DNA from: Squalus acanthias
Taxonomy: Eukaryota
DNA length: 64,000 bases
Reading direction: 5' to 3'
Assembly (NCBI GenBank): GCA_030390025.1
Contig: CM059438.1
Coordinates: 53,632,001 to 53,696,000, forward strand
Shown here: positions 22,601 through 36,934 of the stretch, piece after piece
Layout: every line of letters starts with the position of its first letter
Position numbering within the stretch: the stretch's first letter is position 1
The notes under the pieces: model-generated
What the model saw: only the letters and a program-made list of their open reading frames with translations
What the model was told of the DNA's origin: nothing
The model's database searches: none
Program-made: the position numbers and the translations under genes

Positions 22601-25600
22601 TGATCAATACAGAGAGTGAGTGATCAATACAGAGAGTGAGTGATCAATACAGAGAGTGAGTGATCAATACAGAGAGTGAGTGATCAATACAGAGAGTGAG
22701 TGATCAATACAGAGAGTGAGTGATCAATACAGAGAGTGAGTGATCAATACAGAGAGTGAGTGATCAATACAGAGAGTGAGTGATCAATACAGAGAGTGAG
22801 TGATCAATACAGAGAGTGAGGGATCAATACAGAGAGTGAGTGATCAATACAGAGAGTGAGTGATCAATACAGAGAGTGAGTGATCAATACAGAGAGTGAG
22901 TGATCAATACAGAGAGTGAGTGATCTATACAGAGAGTGAGTGATCAATACAGAGAGTGAGGGATCAATACAGAGAGTGAGTGATCAATACAGAGAGTGAG
23001 GGATCAATACAGAGAGTGAGTGATCAATACAGAGAGTGAGTGATCAATACAGAGAGTGAGTGATCAATACAGAGAGTGAGGGATCAATACAGAGAGTGAG
23101 TGATCAATACAGAGAGTGAGTGATCAATACAGAGAGTGAGTGATCAATACAGAGAGTGAGTGATCAATACAGAGAGTGAGTGATCAATACAGAGAGTGAG
23201 TGATCAATACAGAGAGTGAGTGATCAATACAGAGAGTGAGTGATCAATACAGAGAGTGAGTGATCAATACAGAGAGTGAGTGATCAATACAGAGAGTGAG
23301 TGATCAATACAGAGAGTGAGTGATCAATACAGAGAGTGAGTGATCAATACAGAGAGTGAGTGATCAATACAGAGAGTGAGTGATCAATACAGAGAGTGAG
23401 TGATCAATACAGAGAGTGAGTGATCAATACAGAGAGTGAGGGATCAATACAGAGAGTGAGTGATCAATACAGAGAGTGAGTGATCAATACAGAGAGTGAG
23501 TGATCAATACAGAGAGTGAGTGATCAATACAGAGAGTGAGTGATCAATACAGAGAGTGAGTGATCAATACAGAGAGTGAGTGATCAATACAGAGAGTGAG
23601 TGATCAATACAGAGAGTGAGTGATCAATACAGAGAGTGAGTGATCAATACAGAGAGTGAGTGATCAATACAGAGAGTGAGTGATCAATACAGAGAGTGAG
23701 TGATCAATACAGAGAGTGAGTGATCAATACAGAGAGTGAGTGATCAATACAGAGAGTGAGTGATCAATACAGAGAGTGAGTGATCAATACAGAGAGTGAG
23801 TGATCAATACAGAGAGTGAGTGATCAATACAGAGAGTGAGTGATCAATACAGAGAGTGAGTGATCAATACAGAGAGTGAGTGATCAATACAGAGAGTGAG
23901 TGATCAATACAGAGAGTGAGTGATCAATACAGAGAGTGAGTGATCAATACAGAGAGTGAGTGATCAATACAGAGAGTGAGTGATCAATACAGAGAGTGAG
24001 TGATCAATACAGAGAGTGAGTGATCAATACAGAGAGTGAGTGATCAATACAGAGAGTGAGTGATCAATACAGAGAGTGAGTGATCAATACAGAGAGTGAG
24101 TGATCAATACAGAGAGTGAGTGATCAATACAGAGAGTGAGTGATCAATACAGAGAGTGAGTGATCAATACAGAGAGTGAGTGATCAATACAGAGAGTGAG
24201 TGATCAATACAGAGAGTGAGTGATCAATACAGAGAGTGAGTGATCAATACAGAGAGTGAGTGATCAATACAGAGAGTGAGTGATCAATACAGAGAGTGAG
24301 TGATCAATACAGAGAGTGAGTGATCAATACAGAGAGTTTTAGGATGGGGATCAATACAGAGAGTGAGTGATCAATACAGAGAGTGAGTGATCAATACAGA
24401 GAGTGAGTGATCAATACAGAGAGTGAGTGATCAATACAGAGAGTGAGTGATCAATACAGAGAGTGAGTGATCAATACAGAGAGTGAGTGATCAATACAGA
24501 GAGTGAGTGATCAATACAGAGAGTGAGTGATCAATACAGAGAGTGAGTGATCAATACAGAGAGTGAGTGATCAATACAGAGAGTGAGTGATCAATACAGA
24601 GAGTGAGTGATCAATACAGAGAGTGAGTGATCAATACAGAGAGTGAGTGATCAATACAGAGAGTGAGTGATCAATACAGAGAGTGAGTGATCAATACAGA
24701 GAGTGAGTGATCAATACAGAGAGTGAGTGATCAATACAGAGAGTGAGTGATCAATACAGAGAGTGAGTGATCAATACAGAGAGTGAGTGATCAATACAGA
24801 GAGTGAGTGATCAATACAGAGAGTGAGTGATCAATACAGAGAGTGAGTGATCAATACAGAGAGTGAGTGATCAATACAGAGAGTGAGTGATCAATACAGA
24901 GAGTGAGGATCAATACAGAGAGTGAGTGATCAATACAGAGAGTGAGTGATCAATACAGAGAGTGAGTGATCAATACAGAGAGTGAGTGATCAATACAGAG
25001 AGTGAGTGATCAATACAGAGAGTGAGTGATCAATACAGAGAGTGAGTGATCAATACAGAGAGTGAGTGATCAATACAGAGAGTGAGTGATCAATACAGAG
25101 AGTGAGTGATCAATACAGAGAGTGAGTGATCAATACAGAGAGTGAGTGATCAATACAGAGAGTGAGTGATCAATACAGAGAGTGAGTGATCAATACAGAG
25201 AGTGAGTGATCAATACAGAGAGTGAGTGATCAATACAGAGAGTGAGTGATCAATACAGAGAGTGAGTGATCAATACAGAGAGTGAGTGATCAATACAGAG
25301 AGTGAGTGATCAATACAGAGAGTGAGTGATCAATACAGAGAGTGAGTGATCAATACAGAGAGTGAGTGATCAATACAGAGAGTGAGTGATCAATACAGAG
25401 AGTGAGTGATCAATACAGAGAGTGAGTGATCAATACAGAGAGTGAGTGATCAATACAGAGAGTGAGTGATCAATACAGAGAGTGAGTGATCAATACAGAG
25501 AGTGAGTGATCAATACAGAGAGTGAGTGATCAATACAGAGAGTGAGTGATCAATACAGAGAGTGAGTGATCAATACAGAGAGTGAGTGATCAATACAGAG

Positions 25601-28600
25601 AGTGAGGGATCAATACAGAGAGTGAGTGATCAATACAGAGAGTGAGTGATCAATACAGAGAGTGAGTGATCAATACAGAGAGTGAGTGATCAATACAGAG
25701 AGTGAGAGATCAATACAGAGAGTGAGGATCAATACAGAGAGTGAGTGATCAATACAGAGAGTGAGTGATCATTACAGAGAGTGAGTGATCAATACAGAGA
25801 GTGAGTGATCATACAGAGAGTGAGTGATCAATACAGAGAGTGAGTGATCAATACAGAGAGTGAGTGATCAATACAGAGAGTGAGTGATCAATACAGAGAG
25901 TGAGTGATCAATACAGAGAGTGAGTGATCATACAGAGAGTGAGTGATCAATACAGAGAGTGAGTGATTATTACAGAGAGTGAGTGATCAATACAGAGAGT
26001 GAGTGATCAATACAGAGAGTGAGTGATCAATACAGAGAGTGAGTGATCAATACAGAGAGTGAGTGATCAATACAGAGAGTGAGTGATCAATACAGAGAGT
26101 GAGTGATCAATACAGAGAGTGAGTGATCAATACAGAGAGTGAGTGATCAATACAGAGAGTGAGTGATTATTACAGAGAGTGAGTGATTATTACAGAGAGT
26201 GAGTGATCAATACAGAGAGTGAGTGATCAATACAGAGAGTGAGTGATCAATACAGAGAGTGAGTGATCAATACAGAGAGTGAGGGATCAATACAGAGAGT
26301 GAGGGATCAATGCACAGAGTGAGTGATCAATACATTGATTGAGGGATCAATACAGAGAGTGAGGGATCAATACAGAGAGTGAGTGATCAATACAGAGAGT
26401 GAGGGATCAATACAGAGAGTGAGTGATCAATACAGAGAGTGAGTGATCAATACAGAGAGTGAGGGATCAATACAGAGAGTGAGTGATCAATACAGAGAGT
26501 GAGGGATCAATACAGAGAGTGAGTGATCAATACAGAGAGTGACTGATCAATACAGAGAGTGAGGGATCAATACAGAGAGTGAGGGATCAATACACAGAGT
26601 GAGTGATCAATACATTGATTGAGGGATCAATACAGAGAGTGAGGGATCACTACAGAGAGTGAGTGATCAATACAGAGAGTGAGTGATCAATACAGAGAGT
26701 GAGTGATCAATACAGAGAGTGAGTGATCAATACAGAGAGTGAGTGATCAATACAGAGAGTGAGTGATCAATACAGAGAGTGAGTGATCAATACAGAGAGT
26801 GAGTGATCAATACAGAGAGTGAGTGATCAATACAGAGAGTGAGGGATCAATACAGAGAGTGAGGGATCAATACAGAGAGTGAGTGATCAATACAGAGAGT
26901 GAGTGATCAATACAGAGAGTGAGTGATCAATACAGAGAGTGAGTGATCAATACAGAGAGTGAGTGATCAATACAGAGAGTGAGTGATCAATACAGAGAGT
27001 GAGTGATCAATACAGAGAGTGAGTGATCAATACAGAGAGTGAGTGATCAATACAGAGAGTGAGTGATCAATACAGAGAGTGAGTGATCAATACAGAGAGT
27101 GAGGGATCAATACAGAGAGTGAGGGATCAATACAGAGAGTGAGTGATCAATACAGAGAGTGAGTGATCAATACAGAGAGTGAGTGATCAATACAGAGAGT
27201 GAGTGATCAATACAGAGAGTGAGTGATCAATACAGAGAGTGAGTGATCAATACAGAGAGTGAGTGATCAATACAGAGAGTGAGTGATCAATACAGAGAGT
27301 GAGGGATCAATACAGAGAGTGAGTGATCAATACAGAGAGTGAGGGATCAATACAGAGAGTGAGTGATCAATACAGAGAGTGAGTGATCAATACAGAGAGT
27401 GAGTGATCAATACAGAGAGTGAGGGATCAATACAGAGAGTGAGTGATCAATACAGAGAGTGAGGGATCAATACAGAGAGTGAGGGATCAATACAGAGAGT
27501 GAGTGATCAATACAGAGAGTGAGTGATCAATACAGAGAGTGAGTGATCAATACAGAGAGTGAGTGATCAATACAGAGAGTGAGTGATCAATACAGAGAGT
27601 GAGTGATCAATACAGAGAGTGAGTGATCAATACAGAGAGTGAGTGATCAATACAGAGAGTGAGTGATCAATACAGAGAGTGAGTGATCAATACAGAGAGT
27701 GAGGGATCAATACAGAGAGTGAGTGATCAATACAGAGAGTGAGTGATCAATACAGAGAGTGAGGGATCAATACAGAGAGTGAGTGATCAATACAGAGAGT
27801 GAGTGATCAATACAGAGAGTGAGTGATCAATACAGAGAGTGAGTGATCAATACAGAGAGTGAGTGATCAATACAGAGAGTGAGTGATCAATACAGAGAGT
27901 GAGTGATCAATACAGAGAGTGAGTGATCAATACAGAGAGTGAGTGATCAATACAGAGAGTGAGTGATCAATACAGAGAGTGAGGGATCAATACAGAGAGT
28001 GAGTGATTATTACAGAGAGTGAGTGATCAATACAGAGAGTGAGTGATCAATACAGAGAGTGAGTGATCAATACAGAGAGTGAGTGATCAATACAGAGAGT
28101 GAGTGATCAATACAGAGAGTGAGTGATCAATACAGAGAGTGAGTGATCAATACAGAGAGTGAGTGATCAATACAGAGAGTGAGTGATCAATACAGAGAGT
28201 GAGTGATCAATACAGAGAGTGAGTGATCAATACAGAGAGTGAGTGATCAATACAGAGAGTGAGTGATCAATACAGAGAGTGAGTGATCAATACAGAGAGT
28301 GAGTGATTATTACAGAGAGTGAGTGATCAATACAGAGAGTGAGTGATCAATACAGAGAGTGAGTGATTATTACAGAGAGTGAGTGATCAATACAGAGAGT
28401 GAGTGATCAATACAGAGAGTGAGTGATCAATACAGAGAGTGAGTGATCAATACAGAGAGTGAGTGATTATTACAGAGAGTGAGTGATTAATACAGAGAGT
28501 GAGTGATCAATACAGAGAGTGAGTGATCAATACAGAGAGTGAGTGATCAATACAGAGAGTGAGTGATCATAACAGAGAGTGAGTGATTATTACAGAGAGT

Positions 28601-31447
28601 GAGTGATCAATACAGAGAGTGAGTGATCAATACAGAGAGTGAGGGATCAATACAGAGAGTGAGGGATCAATACAGAGAGTGCGGGATCAATACAGAGAGT
28701 GAGTGATCAATACAGAGAGTGAGTGATCAATACAGAGAGTGAGTGATCAATACAGAGAGTGAGGGATCAATACAGAGAGTGAGTGATCAATACAGAGAGT
28801 GAGTGATCAATACAGAGAGTGAGTGATCAATACAGAGAGTGAGGGATCAATACAGAGAGTGAGGGATCAATACACAGAGTGAGTGATCAATACATTGATT
28901 GAGGGATCACTACAGAGAGTGAGGGATCACTACAGAGAGTGAGTGATCAATACAGAGAGTGAGTGAACAATACAGAGAGTGAGTGATCAATACAGAGAGT
29001 GAGTGATCAATACAGAGAGTGAGGGATCAATACAGAGAGTGAGTGATCAATACAGGCGTCAGGGATCAATACAGAGAGTGAGGGATCAATACAGAGAGTG
29101 AGTGATCAATACAGGGAGTGAGTGATCAATACAGAGAGTGAGGGATCAATACAGAGAGTGAGGGATCAATACAGAGAGTGAGGGATCAATACAGGGAGTG
29201 AGTGATCAATACAGAGAGTGAGTGATCAATACAGAGAGTGAGTGATCAATACAGAGAGTGAGTGATCAATACAGAGAGTGAGTGATCAATACAGAGAGTG
29301 AGTGATCAATACAGAGAGAGAGGGATCAATACAGAGAGTGAGTGATCAATACAGAGAGTGAGGGATCAATACAGAGAGTGAGGGATCAATACAGAGAGTG
29401 AGTGATTATTACAGAGAGAGAGGGATCAATACAGAGAGTGAGTTATCAATACAGAGAGTGAGGGATCAATACAGAGAGTGAGGGATCAATACAGAGAGTG
29501 AGGGATCAATACACAGAGTGAGTGATCAATAGATTGATTGAGGGATCAATGCAGAGAGTGAGGGATCAATACAGAGAGTGAGGGATCAATACAGAGAGTG
29601 AGTGATCAATACAGAGAGTGAGTGATCAATAGATTGATTGAGGGATCAATGCAGAGAGTGAGGGATCAATACAGAGAGTGAGGGATCAATACACAGAGTG
29701 AGTGATCAATAGATTGATTGAGGGATCAATGCAGAGAGTGAGGGATCAATACAGAGAGTGAGTGATCAATACATTGATGGATCAATACAGAGAGTGAGGG
29801 ATCAATACAGAGAGTGAGTGATCAATACAGAGAGTGAGTGATCAATACAGAGAGTGAGTGATCAATACAGAGAGTGAGTGATTATTACAGAGAGTGAGTG
29901 ATCAATACAGAGAGTGAGTGATCAATACAGAGAGTGAGTGATTATTACAGAGTGTGAGTAATCAATACAGAGAGCGAGGGATCAATACAGAGAGTGAGGG
30001 ATCAATACAGAGAGTGAGTGATCAATACAGAGAGTGAGTGATTATTACAGAGAGTGAGTGATCAATACAGAGAGTGAGTGATTATTACAGAGAGTGAGTG
30101 ATCAATACAGAGAGTGAGTGATCAATACAGAGAGTGAGTGATTATTACAGGGAGTGAGTGATCAATACAGAGAGTGAGTGATCAATACAGAGAGTGAGTG
30201 ATCAATACAGAGAGCAAGTGATCAATACAGAGAGTGAGGGATCAATACAGAGAGTGAGGGATCAATACAGAGAGTGAGTGATCAATACACAGAGTGTGGG
30301 ATCAATACATGGAGTGAGGGATCAATACAGAGAGTGAGGGATCAATACAGAGAGTGACTGATCAATACAGGGAGTGTGGGATCAATACAGAGAGTGAGTG
30401 ATCAATACAGAGAGTGAGTGATCAATACAGAGAGTGAGTGATCAATACAGAGAGTGAGTGATCAATACAGAGAGCGAGGAATCAATACAGAGAGCGAGTG
30501 ATCAATACACAGAGTGAGGGATCAATACAGAGAGTGAGTGATCAATACAGAGAGTGAGGGATCAATACATGGAGTGAGGGATCAATACAGAGAGCGAGCA
30601 ATCAATACAGAGAGTGAGGGATCAATACAGAGAGTGAGGGATCAATACAGAGAGTGAGTGATCAATACATGGAGTGAGGGATCAATACAGAGAGTGAGTG
30701 ATCAATACATGGAGTGAGGGATCAATACAGAGAGTGAGTGATCAATACATGGAGTGATCGATTAATACAGAGAGTGAGTGATCAATACAGAGAGTGAGTG
30801 ATCAATACAGAGAGTGTGGGATCAATACATGGAGTGAGGGATCAATACATGGAGTGAGGGATCAATACAGAGAGTGAGTGATCAATACAGAGAGTGAGTG
30901 ATCAATACAGAGAGTGAGTGATCAATACAGAGAGTGAGTGATCATTACAGAGAGTGTGGGATCAATACAGAGAGTGAGTGACCAATACAGAGAGTGAGAG
31001 ATCAATACAGAGAGTGAGTGATCAATACAGAGAGTGAGTGATCAATACAGAGAGTGAGTGATCAATACAGAGAGTGAGTGATCAATACAGAGAGTGAGTG
31101 ATCATTACAGAGAGTGTGGGATCAATACAGAGAGTGAGTGACCAATACAGAGAGTGAGGGATCAATACAGAGAGTGAGTGATCAATACTTAGAGTGAGTG
31201 ACCAAACAGAGAGTGAGGGATCAATACAGAGAGTGAGTGATCAATACATGGAGTGAGGGATCAATACAGAGAGTGAGTGATCAATACAGAGAGTGAGTGA
31301 TCAATACAGAGAGTGAGGGATCAATACAGAGAGTGAGTGATCAATACATGGAGTGATCGATTAATACAGAGAGTGAGTGATCAATACATGGAGTGATAGA
31401 TTAATACAGAGAGTGAGTGATCAATACATGGAGTGATCGATTAATAC
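16665..31447 (+). repeat. 20-bp satellite (GTGAGTGATCAATACAGAGA)n, about 740 copies
   Basis: Direct inspection; copy number is length divided by 20. Confidence 0.98.
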
Positions 31448-31494
31448 CCTATTTTTCTCTCTGATAGCTCCGTGTGACAGTCTCTCAGTTGGAG

Positions 31495-31641
31495 ATGGAT
31501 TCAGACTATCTGCGCGTTGTTTTGGGCGAGTGTTTGACAGAAGGCCTGGCGGAGGTGGCGGAGCATCGGCCGATGGACCCCATTGAGTACCTTGCCTACT
31601 GGCTGTACAAATACAGAGAGAACCTCGATCTACAGCAACAG
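31495..31641 (+). CDS. DYDC1: DPY30-domain-containing protein, first coding exon
   Basis: [43 protein letters not shown] matches the DYDC Dpy-30 motif; 49 codons ending at CAG|GTAGGA; DYDC1 versus DYDC2 not formally resolved. Confidence 0.9.
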
Positions 31642-31819
31642 GTAGGAGTGCGGATTCTCAGGGCGTGCCAACACTCGGAGCTGGATGTTCTTTCCCTCGT
31701 TTCCAAGTCTTCACCGCCTCCTCATTGGGAGCCATGTCCCAAGGAGCTAAAAAGCAGCTCTCAGCAACCGGATTCACTGCCATCGGAGTACCGCTTGTAT
31801 AGGCCAATGCCCTGAGGAT

Positions 31820-34800
31820 AGTCACTCACTCTGGCCCCTCCAGTGACTCACTCTGGCCCCTCCAGTGACTCTGGTCCCTCCAGTGACTCACTCTGGCCCC
31901 TCCAGTGACTCTCTCTGGCCCCTCCAGTGACTCTGGCCCCTCCAGTGACTCACTCTGGTCCCTCCAGTGACTCACTCTGGCCCCTCCAGTGACTCTCTCT
32001 GGCCCCTCCAGTGACTCTGGCCCCTCCAGTGACTCACTCTGGTCCCTCCAGTGACTCACTCTGGCCCCTCCAGTGACTCTGGTCCCTCCAGTGACTCACT
32101 CTGGCCCCTCCAGTGACTCTCTCTGGCCCCTCCAGTGACTCTGGCCCCTCCAGTGACTCACTCTGGCCCCTCCAGTGACTCACTCTGGCCCCTCCAGTGA
32201 CTCTCTGGCCCCTCCAGTGACTCTGGCCCCTCCAGTGACTCACTCTGGCCCCTCCAGTGACTCTGGCCCCTCCAGTGACTCTCTCTGGCCCCTCCAGTCA
32301 CTCTCTCTGGCCCCTCTAGTGACTCACTCTGGCCCCTCCAGTGACTCTGGCCCCTCCAGTGACTCTCTCTGGCCCCTCCAGTGACTCTCTCTGGCCCCTC
32401 CAGTCACTCTCTCTGGCCCCTCTAGTGACTCTCTCTGGCCCCTCCAGTGACTCTGGTCCCTCCAGTGACTCACTCTGGCCCCTCCAGTGACTCCATCTGG
32501 TCCCTCCAGTGACTCTCTCTGGCCCCTCCAGTGACTCACTCTGGCCCCTCCAGTGACTCACTCTGGTCCCTCCAGTGACTCTCTCTGGCCCCTCCAGTGA
32601 CTCACTCTGTCCCCTCCAGTGACTCTGGTCCCTCCAGTGACTCACTCTGGCCCCTCCAGTGACTCACTCTGGTCCCTCCAGTGACTCTCTCTGGCCCCTC
32701 CAGTGACTCACTCTGGCCCCTCCAGTGACTCTCTCTGGCCTCTCCAGTGACTCACTCTGGCCCTTCCAGTGACTCACTCTGGCCCCTCCAGTGACTCTCT
32801 CTGGCCCCTCCAGTGACTCACTCTGGCCCTTCAGGTGCCTCACTCTGGCCCCTCCAGTGACTCTCTCTGGCCCCTCCAGTGACTCTGGCCCCTCCAGTGA
32901 CTCTCTCTGGCCCCTCCAGTGACTCACTCTGGCCCCTCCAGTAACTCTCTCTGGCCCCTCCAGTGACTCACTCTGGCCCCTCCAGTGACTTTGGCCCCTC
33001 CAGTGACTCACTCTGGCCCCTCCAGTGACTCTCTCTGGCCCCTCCAGTGACTCTGGTCCCTCCAGTGACTCTCTCTGGCCCCTCCAGTGACTCTGGTCCC
33101 TCCAGTGACTCACTCTGGCCACTCCAGTGACTCTGGCCCCTCCAGTGACTCACTCTGGCCCCTCCAGTGACTCTCTCTGGCCCCTCCAGTGACTCTGGCC
33201 CCTCCAGTGACTCACTCTGGTCCCTCCAGTGACTCACTCTGGCCCCTCCAGTGACTCTGGTCCCTCCAGTGACTCACTCTGGCCCCTCCAGTGACTCTCT
33301 CTGGCCCCTCCAGTGACTCTAGCCCCTCCAGTGACTCACTCTGGCCCCTCCAGTGACTCACTCTGGCCCCTCCAGTGACTCTCTCTGGCCCCTCCAGTGA
33401 CTCTGGCCCCTCCAGTGACTCACTCTGGCCCCTCCAGTGACTCTGGCCCCTCCAGTGACTCTCTCTGGCCCCTCCAGTCACTCTCTCTGGCCCCTCTAGT
33501 GACTCACTCTGGCCCCTCCAGCGACTCCGGCCCCTCCAGTGACTCTCTCTGGCCCCTCCAGTGACTCTCTCTGGCCCCTCCAGTCACTCTCTGTGGCCCC
33601 TCTAGTGACTCTCTCTGGCCCCTCCAGTGACTCTGGTCCCTCCAGTGACTCACTCTGGCCCCTCCAGTGACTCACTCTGGTCCCTCCAGTGACTCTCTCT
33701 GGCCCCTCCAGTGACTCACTCTGGCCCCTCCAGTGACTCTGGTCCCTCCAGTGACTCACTCTGGCCCCTCCAGTGACTCACTCTGGTCCCTCCAGTGACT
33801 CTCTCTGGCCACTCCAGTGACTCACTCTGGCCCCTCCAGTGACTCTCTCTGGCCCCTCCAGTGACTCACTCTGGCCCTTCCAGTGACTCACTCTGGCCCC
33901 TCCAGTGACTCTCTCTGGCCCCTCCAGTGACTCACTCTGGCCCTTCCAGTGACTCACTCTGGCCCCTCCAGTGACTCTCTCTGGCCCCTCCAGCGACTCT
34001 GGCCCCTCCAGTGACTCTCTCTCTGGCCCCTCCAGTGACTCTCTCTGGCCCCTCCAGTGACTCACTCTGGCCCCTCCAGTGACTCACTCTGGCCCCTCCA
34101 GTGACTCTGGTCCCTCCAGTGACTCACTCTGGCCCCTCCAGTCACTCACTCTGGTCCCTCCAGTGACTCTCTCTGGCCCCTCCAGTGACTCACTCTGGCC
34201 CCTCCAGTGACTCACTCTGGTCCCTCCAGTGACTCACTCTGGCCCTTCCAGTGACTCACTCTGGCCCCTCCAGTGACTCTCTCTGGCCCCTCCAGTGACT
34301 CTGGCCCCTCCAGTGACTCACTCTGGTCCCTCCAGTGACTCTCTCTGGCCCCTCCAGTGACTCACTCTGGCCCCTCCAGTGACTCTCTCTGGCCCCTCCA
34401 GTGACTCACTCTGGCCCTTCCAGTGACTCACTCTGGCCCCTCCAGTGACTCTCTCTGGCCCTCCAGTGACTCACTCTGGCCCTTCCAGTGACTCACTCTG
34501 GCCCCTCCAGTGACTCTCTCTGGCCCCTCCAGTGACTCTGGCCCCTCCAGTGACTCTCTCTGGCCCCTCCAGTGACTCACTCTGGCCCCTCCAGTGACTC
34601 TCTCTGGCCCCTCCAGTGACTCACTCTGGCCCCTCCAGTGACTTTGGCCCCTCCAGTGACTCACTCTGGCCCCTCCAGTGACTCTCTCTGGCCCCTCCAG
34701 TGACTCTGGTCCCTCCAGTGACTCTCTCTGGGCCCTCCAGTGACTCTGGTCCCTCCAGTGACTCTCTCTGGCCCCTCCAGTGACTCTGGTCCCTCCAGTG

Positions 34801-36220
34801 ACTCTTTCTGGCCCCTCCAGTGACTCTGGTCCCTCCAGTGACTCTCTCTGGCCCCTCCAGTGACTCTGGTCCCTCCAGTGACTCACTCTGGCCCCTCCAG
34901 TGACTCTGGCCCCTCCAATGACTCACTCTGGCCCCTCCAGTGACTCTCTCTGGCCCCTCCAGTGACTCTGGCCCCTCCAGTGACTCACTCTGGTCCCTCC
35001 AGTGACTCACTCTGGCACCTCTAGTGACTCTGGTCCATCCAGTGACTCACTCTGGCCCCTCCAGTGACTCTCTCTGGCCCCTCCAGTGACTCTGGCCCCT
35101 CCAGTGACTCACTCTGGCCCCTCCAGTGACTCACTCTGGCCCCTCCAGTGACTCTCTCTGGCCCCTCCAGTGACTCTGGCCCCTCCAGTGACTCACTCTG
35201 GCCCCTCCAGTGACTCTGGCCCCTCCAGTGACTCTCTCTGGCCCCTCCAGTCACTCTCTCTGGCCCCTCTAGTGACTCACTCTGGCCCCTCCAGTGACTC
35301 CGGCCCCTCCAGTGACTCTCTCTGGCCCCTCCAGTGACTCTCTCTGGCCCCTCCAGTCACTCTCTCTGGCCCCTCTAGTGACTCTCTCTGGCCCCTCCAG
35401 TGACTCTGGTCCCTCCAGTGACTCACTCTGGCCCCTCCAGTGACTCACTCTGGTCCCTCCAGTGACTCTCTCTGGCCCCTCCAGTGACTCACTCTGGCCC
35501 CTCCAGTGACTCACTCTGGTCCCTCCAGTGACTCTCTCTGGCCCCTCCAGTGACTCACTCTGTCCCCTCCAGTGACTCTGGTCCCTCCAGTGACTCACTC
35601 TGGCCCCTCCAGTGACTCACTCTGGTCCCTCCAGTGACTCTCTCTGGCCCCTCCAGTGACTCACTCTGGCCCCTCCAGTGACTCTCTCTGGCCCCTCCAG
35701 TGACTCACTCTGGCCCTTCCAGTGACTCACTCTGGCCCCTCCAGTGACTCTCTCTGGCCCCTCCAGTGACTCACTCTGGCCCTTCCAGTGACTCACTCTG
35801 GCCCCTCCAGTGACTCTCTCTGGCCCCTCCAGTGACTCTGGCCCCTCCAGTGACTCTCTCTGGCCCCTCCAGTGACTCACTCTGGCCCCTCCAGTGACTC
35901 TCTCTGGCCCCTCCAGTGACTCACTCTGGCCCCTCCAGTGACTTTGGCCCCTCCAGTGACTCACTCTGGCCCCTCCAGTGACTCTCTCTGTCCCCTCCAG
36001 TGACTCTGGTCCCTCCAGTGACTCTCTCTGGGCCCTCCATTGACTCTGGTCCCTCCAGTGACTCTCTCTGGCCCCTCCAGTGACTCTGGTCCCTCCAGTG
36101 ACTCTTTCTGGCCCCTCCAGTGACTCTGGTCCCTCCAGTGACTCACTCTGGCCCCTCCAGTGACTCTGGCCCCTCCAGTGACTCTCTCTGGCCCCTCCAG
36201 TGACTCTGGCCCCTCCAGTG
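31820..36220 (+). repeat. 22/18-bp satellite (TCCAGTGACTCACTCTGGCCCC and TCCAGTGACTCTGGCCCC)
   Basis: Direct inspection. Confidence 0.97.
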
Positions 36221-36726
36221 AAGCTGTTAAAAGACACAAATTGTAAATGTAGATGTAAATGTTGTTATGTTATCGTGAGTGTTTTTAAAAATGTTGTTTG
36301 AAGCCTTATATTTGACATTACAAATTTTAGTTACTGAGGGGAAAAAGGGTTTAGGAAATTGTTTCAAATCAGGTTTTGACTCATTGCTTGGTTCATCAAA
36401 GAACCTTGATTGTGAAATGTTGCTACATTCATTGGGGGTTTTACATTATGAATGTTTGTGTCACAAGTATAGGGTTTTACCTCAGATAGAAACCTTGAGA
36501 GACAGAGAAAGCATGAGAGACAGGGAGACTCAGAGAGAGAGAGAGACTCATCAGGGCTAGTGGATTGATTTATCTGTGTCCTATTGAATATCGGGGCTAG
36601 TGGATTGATTTATCTGTTCTATAGGAGTGTTAATGATAGTTTGGCTCAAACTCTTTGATTATGTGTAAATGAGGAAATATCAAGTGCTGGAATTTGACAT
36701 GTCACCAAAAACTTTATTTTTAAAAG

Positions 36727-36846
36727 AGTAAACTGGATGAAGACCAGCTGGACATAGAGACAGAAGTAGCAATGAAGGAGCAAGCTATGCAGGAGCACTT
36801 GAAGGCTGAGCTGGAGGAGATTCAGGCGGCCTACCAACACAAGTTG
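36727..36846 (+). CDS. DYDC1: DYDC1-like coding exon 2 (coiled coil)
   Basis: AG|...|GTAAGT, 120 nt, phase 0; SKLDEDQLDIETEVAMKEQAMQEHLKAELEEIQAAYQHKL. Confidence 0.8.
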
Positions 36847-36934
36847 GTAAGTGACATGCTCAAGTACAGCAACTGCTTGATGTATATTAATACTTTCACC
36901 CTCTCTCCCCATGGCATGGTTTTTATTGAGTGGC

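Noticed and set aside
16665..31447. CRISPR array or telomeric repeat
   Set aside because: Head-to-tail units with no unique spacers, no cas genes, eukaryotic context, and not TTAGGG
31642..31815. C-terminal extension of the 113-aa DYDC ORF
   Set aside because: Similarity stops at the donor at 31641/31642; the remainder is intron read-through, as is 36847-37299
31826..36239. Many SHWRGQSESLEGPE ORFs
   Set aside because: Antisense translations of the 22/18-bp satellite
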